Source: Squalus acanthias
Lineage: Eukaryota
Length of the DNA: 64,000 bases
Direction of reading: 5' to 3'
Assembly: GCA_030390025.1 (NCBI GenBank)
Contig: CM059432.1
Location: forward strand, 54,190,001 to 54,254,000
Below, piece after piece: positions 1 to 10,679 of this stretch. The notes below the pieces were generated by a model, which worked only from the letters and a program-made list of their open reading frames with translations, searched no databases and was not told the DNA's origin. Numbering within the stretch: position 1 is the stretch's first letter; each line of letters starts with the position of its first letter. Position numbers and translations under genes: made by a program.

Positions 1-910
1 TAGCATGCTGGCATCTGTTATTTCGGCTTAGGCAGCTCCACATTGCGGGCTCCGCGACACTTGCGTGGTCAGGTTGGTGGTCAGAGTGAAAGGAGGCCAG
101 AGAGTTATGTCCATTGTCTATCATGTGTTAAGAAGGAGCCAAGCACATGTGCCACAATGGGCAACCTATGCAAATCTGGCCAGGATGAGTGCATTCCTTG
201 CACGATGTGCTTCCATGCGCTGGCGCCTTCTGCCCTGTGCAGCATCAGGTGGCTGAGCAGGAGGTTGGGTCTCCTGCTGCTGTTGCTGCTGAGTTGCCTG
301 GTTCTGCTGCTGCCGTGGCTGCTCCTCATCCGAATCTGAGCTCCATGGTGAAAGGAAATAAATGGTTCCCATGGTGCTGGCAGATACCTCCGTTGGGAAA
401 GCGCTCAGTCCAAGCGGGGAGAGGGTCTTTCAAGGAGGTCCCACATTTGAGAGATAGAATCTGCAGCACCTCCGACTTCGGTAGGCCTGCTAAAAGTACT
501 GAAAGACCTTTGGAACAAAAGTTCTGCCACCTGCAACTGCTCCCTGATAAAAGCTCTATTTTAATGGTGGAGCTGCAGCTGTGAGGAGGCCACCCACTTG
601 TCAACCCACCAGGATTAGCTGGCGTGGTTTAGGAGGGTTGTGCAACACGCTGAAAATAAGATAAAATAACGAAGGCCTGTCAAAATAGGATAATAGAGGC
701 CCTTAACTAATATTTAAGCGTCTTAACTACCTCTCCCGACTGATGGAAGAGGGACCGAATCGCACCCATCAAACCCGCCTCCGGCAAAATTGCGCGGAGG
801 CGGGTTGGAGGCGGGTTGGAGGCGGGTTCCGAACCCGCCCTCAGTTTTCGCCATTTTGCCAACTGTCCCGCCTCCAAACCCGCCTCTTCGAGGCTGGGAA
901 AATCGCCCCC
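1..910 (-). mobile_element. Partial non-autonomous Harbinger-derived element (one end outside the window)
   Basis: Ends in AAAATCGCCCCC (~899-910), like the GGG...ATTTT TIRs of other MITEs here. Minus ORF 166-372 ends ...AHRARNALILARFA, resembling the transposase C-terminus ETARAVRQRLIASRF of 7331-8491. GC-rich subterminal AAACCCGCCTCC motifs. Confidence 0.55.
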
Positions 911-922
911 ATAATTATAATA

Positions 923-1670
923 AAAAGAACAATTTACATCGAGTCTACAGCACAGAAACAGGTCATTTGACCCAACTGGTTTATGCTGGTATTTATGCTC
1001 CACACGAGCCTCCTCCCACCCCTCTTCATCTAACCCCATCAGCATATCCTTCTAGTCTTTTCTCCTTCATGTGCTTATCTAGCTTTCCCTTAAATGCATC
1101 TATGTTATTTGCCTCAACTACGTCTTGTGGTAGCGCATTCCACATTCTTACCACTCTTTGGGCAAATAACTTTGTGCTGAATTCTCTATTGGATTTATTA
1201 GTGACTATCTTATATTTTTGATCTCTATATTTGGACTCCTCCACAAGTGGAAACATTTTCTCTGTGTCTACCCTATCAAACCCTTTCATTATCTTAAAGA
1301 CCTCTATCAAATCACCCCTCAGCCTTCTCTTTTCTAAAGAAAAGAGCCTCAGCCTAATCAACCTTTCCTGATAAGTATATCCTCTCAGTCTGTTATCATT
1401 CTTGTGAACTTTTTCTGCACCTTCTCAAATGTCTCTATATCTTTTTAATAATATGGAGACCAGAATTATGCACAGTACTCCAAGTGTGGTCTAACCAAGG
1501 TTCAATACAAGTTTAACATAACTTCTCTACTTTTCAATTCTATCCCTCTAGAAATTAATCCCAGTGCTTTGTTTGCTTTTTTATGGCCTTATTAACCTGT
1601 GTTGCTACTATTAATGATTTGTATATTTGTACTCCTAGATCCCTTTGCTCCTCAACCCCATTCAGACTCT
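923..1670 (-). mobile_element. CR1-clade LINE 3' fragment (resumes at ~5361-5412)
   Basis: ORF 1026-1361 has LFSLEKRRLRGDLIEVFKIMKGFD...RVVRMWNALP, the CR1 ORF2 C-terminus. Confidence 0.9.
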
Positions 1671-1672
1671 GA

Positions 1673-4600
1673 GGGTGGAATTTTAACCTCCAAAAATGGG
1701 TTGGTTGGGGTTGGGTGAGATGTAAAAATTTTTAACATCTCAAACCCGACCCCAACACACCCACTTCCGGGTTTAACGGAGGCAGGACAATGGACAAGCA
1801 GTCAACCCACTCCCAGGATGTAGGTTGGCTATTTAAATATTATATTGAACATAAGAACATAAGAAATAGGAGCAGGAGTAGGCCATTCGGCCCTTCGAGT
1901 CTGCTCCACCATTCAATGAGATCATGGCTGATCTTCTGCCTCAACTCCATTCACCGGCCCTATCGCCATATCCCTTGATGCCTTTACTAGTCAGAAATCT
2001 ATCGACTTCTGTTTTGAATATACCCAATGACTGAGCCTCCACAGCCCTCTGGGGTAGAGAATTCCAAAGATTCACCACCCTCTGTGTGAAGAAATTTCTT
2101 CTCATCTCAGTCCTGAATGGCCTACCCTTTATCCTGAGGCTGTGGCCTCTGGTTCTAGACTCCCCAGCCAAGGGAAACATTCTCCCAGCATCCACCCTAT
2201 CAAGCCCTGTAATAATTTTGGATGCTTCAATGAGATCCCCTGTCATTCTTCTGAATTCAAGAGAATACAGGCCTAGTTAACTAAATCTCTTCTCATATGA
2301 CAGTCCCGCCATCCCAGGAATCAATAACATGAACCTTCATTGCACTCCCTCTATGGCAAGTATATCCTTCCTTAGGTAAAGAGACCAAAATTGTACACAG
2401 TACTCCAGGTGTGGTCTCACCAAGGCCCTATATAATTGGAGTAAGACTTCTTTACTCCTGTACTCAAATCCTCTTGTAATGAAGGCCAACATACCATTTG
2501 CCTTCCTAATGGCTTGCTGCGCCTGCACATTCATTTTCAGTGACTCATGTACAAGGACACCCAGGTCCCTTTGAGCATTTGCATTCCCTAATCTTTCACC
2601 ATTTAGGAAATACTCTGCCTTTCTGTTTTGTCTACCAAAGTGGATACTTCACATCTATCCACATTATATTACATCTGCCATGCTCTCGCCCACTCACTGA
2701 GCCTGTCGAGATCCCCTGAAGCCTCTTCACATCCCTTCACAACTGACACTGCCACCTAGCTTTGTATCATCAGCAAATTTGGAAATGTTACATTTAGTCC
2801 CCTCATCCAAATCATAGATATAGATTGTGAATAGCTGGGGCCCAAGCACCGATCCTTGCGGTACCCCACTAGTCACAGCCTGCCATCCTGAAAAAGACCC
2901 GTTTATCCCTACTCTTTGTTTTCTGTCTGTTAACCAATTCTCAATCCATGCTAGTATATTTTAACCAATTCCATGTGCCCTAATTTTGTTCACCAACCTC
3001 TTGTGTGGGACCTTATCGAAGGCCTTCTGAAAATCCAAATACACCACATCCACCGGTTCCCCTTTGTCTACTCCACTAGTTACATCCTCAAAGAACTCCG
3101 ATAGGTTTGTCAAACAGGATTTCCCTTTCATAAATCCATGTTGGCTCTGCCCAATCTTACTATTAGTTTCTAAGTGCCCCGTTATTGCATCCTTTATAAT
3201 AGATTCCAGCTTTTTCCCAACTACTGATGTGAGGCTAACAGGTCTGTTGTTCCCCGTTTTCTCTCTCCCTCCTTTCTTAAATAGCGGGGTTACATTTGCT
3301 ATCCCAATCTGCAGGAACCATTCCAGAATCTATAGAATTTTGGAAGATGATAACCAATGCATCCACTATCCCAATGGCCACCTCTTTCAAAACCCTAGGC
3401 AGTAGGTCATCCGGTCCTTGGGATTTATCGACTTTTAGTCCCATTAATTTTGCTAGTACTGTTTTTACTAATAATAATTTCTTTAAGTTCCTCATTCTTG
3501 CCACACCCTTGATTTTCTCGTATTTCAGGGAGGTTTTTTGTGTCTTCCTCCGTGAAGACAGAAACAAAGTATTTATTTAATTTCTCTGCCATTTCCTCAT
3601 TCCCCGTTATAAATTCTCCCGTCTCTGACTGTAAAGGACCTACGTTTACCTTTGCCAGTCTTTTCCTTTTCACATACCTATAGAGGCTTTTACAATCCGT
3701 TTTTATATTTTTCGCTAGTTTGTACTCATATTCCATTTTCCCTTTCTTTATCAATTTCTTGGTCCCCCTTTGCTGATTTCTAAAAAGATCCAAATCCTCA
3801 GGCTGACTGCTTTTTCTGGGAACTTTATGAGCTTCCTCCTTTGACTTAATACTAGCTTTAATTTCTTTTGTTAGCCATGGTTGGATCACTTTTCCTTTTG
3901 GGTTTTTATGCCCTAGAGGAATATATGTTTGTTGCAAATTATGCATTATTTCCTTGAATGTTAGCCATTGTATGTCCACCTTCATACCTTTTAGTGTAGT
4001 CTCCCAATCTACCATGGCCAACTTGTCCCTCATACCCTTGTAGTTTCCTCTGTTTAGATTGAAGACCTTAGTTTCAGATTGGACTACATCACTCTCAAAC
4101 TTAATGTAATATTCAATCATATTATGGTCACTTGTCCCTAAAGGCCCCTTTACCACAAGATTATTGATTAGCCCTTTCTCATTACACAGTACCAGATCCA
4201 GAATAGCCTGTTCCCTGGTTGGTTCCTCCACATACTGATCCAGGAATCCATCTCGTATGCATTCCAAGAATTCGTCCTCCACACCATTAGTGGTAATTTG
4301 ATTTGCCCAGTCAATATGTAGATTAAAGTCCCCCATGATTACCATATTGCCCTTGTTACATGCACTTCTAATTTCTTGATTGATACTGTGCCCTACATTA
4401 CCACTACTGTTTGGTGGCCTATACACAACTCCCACCAATGTTTTCCTCCCTTTGCTGTTTCTTAGTTCCACCCAAACTGATTCCAGTTCTACATCACAAT
4501 CTGCCGAGCCAAGATCTTTTATCTCTACCGTACCGATCTCATCCCTTATTAACAGCGCTACACCACCTCCTTCCCTTTTTGTCTGTCCTTCCTAAATGTT

Positions 4601-5346
4601 GAATACCCTGGAACATTCAGTTCCCAGCTTTGGTTACCCTGCAACCATGTCTCTGTAATGGCAATTACATCATACCCATTTACTTCTATTTGTGCCATTA
4701 ATTCATCCATCTTGTTGCGAATGCTACGTGCATTTAGATAAAGTGCCTTCAACTTTGCCTGTTTAATATTTTTCTGCACTTTGACCCTCTTTACTGTTGG
4801 CCTTTGTTTCTGCTCCCTACTAATTTTGCTGACTACTTTTCTAACTTGCATATTGAGGCTGGGAAGCTCACATTTAACCTGTTTTACAGGTTTAACCCTG
4901 GCCAGCCAAGTTTCCCAGGCCTCGAGGCAACCCGGCAGCTCAAGGGAGGCAAGGAAAGCTTCGATGAAAAGGTTAAGTGCCCTTATAGCACAGCTTGTGG
5001 GCCAGGAGGAGCAGGAGTGCTTCCCCCGGCCCACCAAGCTTACCTGCTTCCCCAGCATCGCACCCTACCCCCATCATCAGACTCCCCCCATCCAGAGACT
5101 ACACCCCGGGTCATGGATCGGACCCCACCCCCTACGCTTCCACTAACTCAGCAGCAGTTCCTTACCTGCTTCTGTGGCTCCGCCCGACTGGGAGCCAAGC
5201 CTGTCAATCAGGCTGGTTTCTGGGCGGGAATCCTGTTAAACAAAAAAGACACATGCTGTGGAGTTAAAACCCCATGACATGCGGGCATACCCAGAATTCC
5301 AGGTTTCCCAACCAAAACTCCGCCCCTTGCTCAGAAAATCTGCCCC
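1673..5346. mobile_element. MITE-like element (GGGTGGAATTTT ... AAAATCTGCCCC) split by a CR1 insertion
   Basis: Joining 1673-1848 to 4857-5346 reproduces the uninterrupted motif CTATTTAAATATTATAATGAGGCTGG seen at ~60993-61018. Imperfect TIRs. Confidence 0.65.
1849..4849 (-). mobile_element. CR1/HER1-like LINE, ORF2 (APE endonuclease plus RT), fragmented
   Basis: Minus ORFs contain YLNARSI, IAITETWL, GVVYRPP, MGDFN, SDHNMI, RPHLEYCVQFW and RVVNLWNSLP. The (AACATAAG)n tail is at 1849. ATATTGA is duplicated at 1842-1848 and 4850-4856. Confidence 0.93.
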
Positions 5347-6110
5347 TGTCAATATCGGGGTCTTATTATCCAAGCAGTATGTGGTCTCCTTATTCTTCCT
5401 ATCAAAATGCACTTCTTCTTCTCTGTACAGTAAGTAATATAAAGCAAGACATTTCTGTCAGCAATATTATTGTACAAATGCTTAGTATTCTTGTATCAAA
5501 TTCTTCTTTACTATTTTAATGGAGGTACTAACCTGTTTAAAGTAAATGGGTTAACAACTCTGTTAAAAAGTTGGAGAGGGAAATTTATATGAGCTCATTA
5601 AGCTTTTGTACAATAAAATCACTGACTGCAATTTCCAGGCTTTAGTATAAATACTTGGAGATTTCCAGAAGTAATAGGTTGTTAGGCTGAAAAGCACTGG
5701 TATATTTAATTGTTCCACAAGTGCACAAAGATCATATTAAAGCTGGACATCTCCCAAAGAAGGACATCAGATAAGACATTAGACAGCAATCTTGCATTTA
5801 AAATATTTTCCTAAATTCTAAAATTATAGCATGATATTTAAAGCTGATGCTTTGCCCATTCCATTTCTATGATGTCAACTTAGATTTGGAAATGGGAGTG
5901 ATCTTGTACCAAGATGGTAGAAAGTGTTCTGCAACATGATCAGTTCAGTCTTTATTGGCTGAATTTATTCCTTGGAATTTACCACAAGGCTTGCTTTTTA
6001 GGGATAAGTCAGAGGCAACATTGTCCTACATTACAGTCATAATCTTCATTTTGACAATTTAGCACAACAGTGACAATAGGGAATACCATATTGATTTCCT
6101 TTAGTGATAT

Positions 6111-6785
6111 GGGGTGATAACTTCGCCGGGGCGCTACTTTTAGCGCCCCAAAAAAGTTAGCGCCCCTGCACCCGAAATTCAATGGTACCGCCCCAAGTAG
6201 GAGGCTGAGCGATACTGAAACGGTCCCCCTCCCTCTTGGGGCGCTCCCATTGAATATCATGGTGCCACATGCAGCAGCGCCATGTGCGTTGGCACGTAGC
6301 GCCGTGGTACTACAGGCCTCCCTCCCCTGATTAAAGGGGAGGGGCCTAGCGCAGCACGCACCGGGGCCCTGCTGGACCTCTGGGGAGCAGAGTGCCAGGC
6401 TGATGGATCCCGGCTTGCACCCTGCAGCAGGAGGCCAGAGGGGGCAGGTGCTGGCAGGCGGCATGAAAAAATGGCCACCCGGCACCTGCCTTTTAATTAT
6501 CGCCATCGCAGCCGCAAAAACGCCCCCCTGACCCTGTCGGACATAGCGTCTGGCAGTAGGCCAGGGGACGCGAGCCAAGTTTGCAGCCAGGGTGCTGCTC
6601 ATGGTGATGACGTCTTTGCCAGAGACGCAGCGCCACAGGGCGCTACCAGCTACCGCCACCACCAACCTCCCGCTGAATTTCGTGGGAGGCGTTAGCGGCA
6701 CCGTGCCCAGGCGCTAGTTGCTTTGCATCCCGTTAGCCCCCTTGGGGTGCTAACGGGAGGCGCAAAGCAACCAAAGTTTCCCCCC
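6111..6785. mobile_element. Non-autonomous Harbinger-type MITE
   Basis: TAT flanks both ends (6108-6110, 6786-6788). Imperfect TIRs GGGGTGATAACTT / AAAGTTTCCCCCC. The right subterminus is an inverted match to the left end of 6820-11038, and internal motifs are shared with 26220-27037. Confidence 0.75.
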
Positions 6786-7330
6786 TATAGTATAACTATT
6801 TGTTAATCTTCCATATTAAGGGGTAAAAATTCAGTTGGTTGCGCCTCCCGTTAGCGCCTTAAGAGGGCGCTAATGGGGCGCAAAGCCGCTAACGCCCGGG
6901 CGCAGCGATGTTTGCGCCGCTCGGGAACTTAACTAGAGATTGTGCGGCGGCGCTAAAACTTACCGCTGCGACCACCTGCGCGCGCAGATTGTGACGTCAT
7001 TCCATGGTGCAACGCCCTTGTGGCGCCCCGGAGCGGAAATTGAGTGGCGCCCCCTGCCTTACCGCCTGGCACATCCAACGACCGGAAGACTGGAACGCTA
7101 TCAATCGCTGTGGGGCTGGGGGGGTCGCTATTTAAAGGGGGCCTCTTCCTGTCTTTTTCTGTGGTCGACATTTTTGCACCACTCATTCTGAGAGAGAGAG
7201 AGAGATTCGGAGAGAGAGAAAGAGAGACTTCTGCATTGACTCAACGCTTTGTGAGGTAGTTTTGCCTACTGATCCTAACTTCGCTGGTACTTTAGTTGCT
7301 GTCCTTCATTACTTTGCTTGCAAAGAGAAT

Positions 7331-8491
7331 ATGGGGGCTGCACTGATTGGGGGCGTCGTCCTGCTCCAGCTGAATCGGAGGATACAGAGACGCAGAGAGA
7401 GAGTGGCAATGATGGCCAGACGGAGGAGGGCCAACAGGCGTATGTACAGGAGAGCTTACCCTCCCAGGGTATATCGTGAACAGCTCTCCTACATTCATAT
7501 GTCTGAGGAGCTGTGTTTGCGAAGGCTGCGATTCAGCAAGGAGGTGGTCACTGAGCTCTGCCACCTGCTGCAGCCAGATCTGCAGCCTCAACTGAGGTCC
7601 AGGACGTCTCTGTCGGTGGCAGTGAAGGTCACAGTGGCTCTCAACTTTTACGCTACTGGCTCATTTCAAGCTGCTGCTGGGGACCTCGCCAATATCTTCC
7701 AGTTTGCGGTGCATTGCTGCATCCGGCAGGTCACAAATGCCCTCTTTAAAAGGAGACGAGAGTTCATCTCTTTCCCCATGACCCCAGACAAGCAGCGTGA
7801 CCGCGCTCTGGGCTTTGCGAGGGTAGCGGGCTTCCCCATGGTGCAGGGCGCCATTGACTGCACGCATGTGGCTTTGCGTGCTCCGCATGAGAATGCCGAG
7901 GAATTCCGGAACAGAAAGGGGTTCCATTCCTTGAATGTTCAGTTGGTCTGTGACCACAGACAGCTGATACTCGCTGTCAATGCCCACTATCCTGGCAGCT
8001 GCCACGATGCTTTTATCCTGCGCCAGACTACTGTGGCAGAACTTTTCGAGGCACCGCATCAGCCAGTTGGTTGGCTTCTCGGGGACAAGGGGTATGCATT
8101 GAGCACCTGGCTGATGACACCGCTCCGCACGCCCAACACCCCTGCTGAGCTGCAGTACAATGAGAGCCATCAAGCTACCAGGAACATAATTGAGCGCACA
8201 ATCGGCGTGCTGAAGCAACGGTTCCGCTGTCTCGACCATTCTGGAGGAGCCCTGCAGTACTCGCCTGAGCGAGTATCCAACTTCGTAGTCGTGTGCTGCA
8301 TATTGCATAACATGGCAATCCTCAGGACCCAGCCAATGCCACCAGGCCTTGGAGCACCACCAGAGGAGGAGGAGGAAGAGGAGGAAGAGGACGAGGAGGA
8401 TGATCATCAGCAGCACCAAGGCGGGAGGGCGGCCCACAATGGTGAAACTGCAAGGGCCGTCCGTCAACGGCTAATAGCAAGCCGCTTCTAG
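7331..8491 (+). CDS. Harbinger (HARBI1-like, DDE_Tnp_4) transposase, 386 aa from the first ATG, intronless and uninterrupted
   Basis: Motifs GAIDCTH, NRKGFHSLNVQLVCD, PGSCHDAFIL, WLLGDKGY, YNESHQATRNIIERTIGVLKQRFRCL and CCILHN; acidic C-terminal tail. The open frame extends upstream to 7262. Confidence 0.95.
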   Translation: MGAALIGGVVLLQLNRRIQRRRERVAMMARRRRANRRMYRRAYPPRVYREQLSYIHMSEELCLRRLRFSKEVVTELCHLLQPDLQPQLRSRTSLSVAVKVTVALNFYATGSFQAAAGDLANIFQFAVHCCIRQVTNALFKRRREFISFPMTPDKQRDRALGFARVAGFPMVQGAIDCTHVALRAPHENAEEFRNRKGFHSLNVQLVCDHRQLILAVNAHYPGSCHDAFILRQTTVAELFEAPHQPVGWLLGDKGYALSTWLMTPLRTPNTPAELQYNESHQATRNIIERTIGVLKQRFRCLDHSGGALQYSPERVSNFVVVCCILHNMAILRTQPMPPGLGAPPEEEEEEEEEDEEDDHQQHQGGRAAHNGETARAVRQRLIASRF

Positions 8492-8620
8492 GGCCCCTGC
8501 TGTGGAAATGGCTTCTGCCATTGCTAACAACATTAGTGAACCCAGCACGCAACCCCTAAGCCGGCCAAGGCACCAATAATTCCAACCACCAACCATGTAT
8601 ATTTTGAATACAGAAACTTA

Positions 8621-8676
8621 TTTATTTTACAAACTCTGTGTGTGTCAATTCCTCATGACAAACTCATAGAAATAAA
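8621..8676. promoter_or_regulatory. Opposed polyadenylation signals between the convergent Harbinger genes
   Basis: TTTATT at 8621-8626 (AATAAA on minus) and AATAAA at 8671-8676 (plus); a further AATAAA at 8771. Confidence 0.5.
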
Positions 8677-8803
8677 CACAAAAAAACAGTCAATAACATA
8701 ACTGGTTCTCACAACCTGGAGATAATGTCCAAAACACTAAACAAAAGTTGGACCATGAACCTCGACCTTTAATAAAAAAATGACCAGCATTTTGTCACAC
8801 CTC

Positions 8804-10679
8804 CTACTTTTTGCCCTTCGAGGGTGATCTCCTTCCCTTGCGCACTTCCCCCCTTCTAACCCTACTGCTCCTCCGTAATGGGACCTCAGTGGCTGCAGCA
8901 AGGCTGGTGGAAGGCTGCTGCTCGTCAGACCCTGACACTGCAGATGCCCCTGAAGGACGGCCTCGACCACTTCTGGGCCTGGAGGGCCCGGCTGCAGACT
9001 GCACCAACTCTGCATGGGCGGCAGCAGTCTGTCCTACAGGCGGTGGCAAGTGCAGTGGAGAAGTGACAGTGTTGGCAGCAGGAATGCTGTCATCGTGAGA
9101 GAGGACAGCAACTTCCTGCTCGCCCGACACACTGGCACTCCCACGGGGCAGCACTTCAGCATCCGGAGCAATCTGCTGGAGAACAGATTGCTGGCCTGCT
9201 GCGGCGTGGTGACAGCCCCGGGGACATGTGCATGAACCATCGAGGTTGGCAGCAGTCTGTGCTCGCGTGGCCTCAATCTGAGTCTGCATGAGAGCAGTCA
9301 GAGATGGGATCACGGCAGCCAGTGACTGAATTGCAGCACTAAGCGTTAGTGTGGCATCTGCCTGTGCTACAGCGAAGTGCTCCACACTCCTTGCCAGTGA
9401 CTCAATGCATTCGGGCACCCTTCCCACTGCACCCATGAGCTCAGTGTGCATGCCCACCGCCTGGGTGTTCATTTCTGCGATCAGCCGCTCCTCCTCTGCG
9501 TCCATTGCAGTAGGAGTGTCTGGCATACTCTCCCTCTGGGGAGAAGGCCCCCGTTCTTCCCTACCCCCCCATGGCGTTGCTGCAGCCCGCTGGGTCCTGG
9601 AGCTTCACCCTCATCAGACCCTTCCCCCCTGCTCCCCTCCAGGGAAGGCGTGTTCCCAGTGTGGGCATGGGCTTCCTCGGGAGAGGGTGGCACTGATGCT
9701 CCGGCTTCCTCTTCCTCCTCGGCTGCAGCATCACTCCCAGTGGCAGCTTCAGGGCCCGTCTCCTCAGCTGGTGAATCACCATCTGAAAGCAGGGAGGTAC
9801 AAGAGTGGCTTTAGCGTGAGGACAGGGTGGCAGTAAGGGAGGAATAAGTGCAGCGACTTAGCAAGTTGGATTGAAAGTGTCAAAGGCTGGTGTTGTGAGG
9901 GACAAGTGGAAGGACAGAGGACAAAAAGGTGATGACCTTACCATTGCTGTCCAGAACGGGGTCGGCGTCTCCAGTGGCGACGGGACCGATCACCCGGCTT
10001 GCCACAATCCTGTGGACGTGCTCCTCAAGATCGCTGAGGGGTTGCAGCTGAGGCCGCCCTCCACATGTCCGTTGCTGCTGTCTCCGATTATGCGCCAGCT
10101 TGGCCTGTAAGAAAAAGGACAGCATCTGAGTAAATATACAGCCATGGTCTTGCCTGATGTGCCTCCCATAGGTGAATAGCCCTTACTGTATGCAGCCATG
10201 GTCTTGCCTGATGTGCCTCCCATAGGTGAATAGCCCTTACTGTATGCAGCCATGGTCTTGCCTGATGTGCCTCCCATAGGTGAATAGCCCTTACTGTATG
10301 CAAAGTGTGGAATGTGTGTGTGTGTTTCATGAAAGGGCCATAGGTGTTGGATGAGTGTTGTGCATTGGGGTTTTAAGACCCTCTGGCCATAGAGTGAGGT
10401 TGAGATGGAGGGATGGAGAGGTATTGAGAAAAAGCCACTCACCCTGACGACCCGAGTGAGGTCGTTGAACTTTTTGCGGCATTGAGTATGGGTCCTGGGC
10501 ACCATGCTCCTGGAGGAGACGCTCTGAGCCACCTCCCTCCACACTCTTCTGAACTCGCATGGCAAAGGCCTCCTGCCACTCTCAGGGAAGAGCATACATC
10601 TTCTGCGCTCCACCGCGCCAACCAGAGCATCCAAGGCCCGCTCTGTGAAGCGATGAGCTCGTTCTCTCACCCTCTCCAT
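8804..10679 (-). CDS. Harbinger Myb/SANT-like (trihelix, NAIF1/MSANTD-type) DNA-binding protein; exons 10679-10443, 10104-9942, 9782-8804; one frameshift near 9564-9570
   Basis: Exon 1 encodes RAHRFTERALDALV...WREVAQSV...RTHTQCRKKFNDL. GT-AG sites: AGG|GTGAGT, TTTCTTACAG|GCC, ATG|GTAAGG, CTTTCAG|AT. Exon 2 encodes AKLAHNRRQQQRTCGG. The basic C-terminus lies in ORF 8804-9526. Confidence 0.85.
10139..10302. repeat. Three perfect 54-bp tandem repeats in intron 1 of the Myb-like gene
   Basis: CAGCCATGGTCTTGCCTGATGTGCCTCCCATAGGTGAATAGCCCTTACTGTATG x3. Confidence 0.95.

Noticed and set aside
6009..6701. 230-aa ORF and similar ORFs at 26294-27026, 50436-51677 and 14770-15202
   Set aside because: They lie in GC-rich MITEs, cross element boundaries and show no domain signatures.
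7661..8467. 268-aa antisense ORF
   Set aside because: Shadow of the transposase reading frame, with no recognisable motifs.
7262..8491. Host gene HARBI1
   Set aside because: The ORF is enclosed by TIRs and TAA TSDs, paired with a Myb-like gene and has non-autonomous relatives nearby, so it is a transposon gene. No gene symbol was assigned.
10139..10302. CRISPR-like array
   Set aside because: The repeats are directly adjacent with no unique spacers, the context is eukaryotic, and there are no cas genes.
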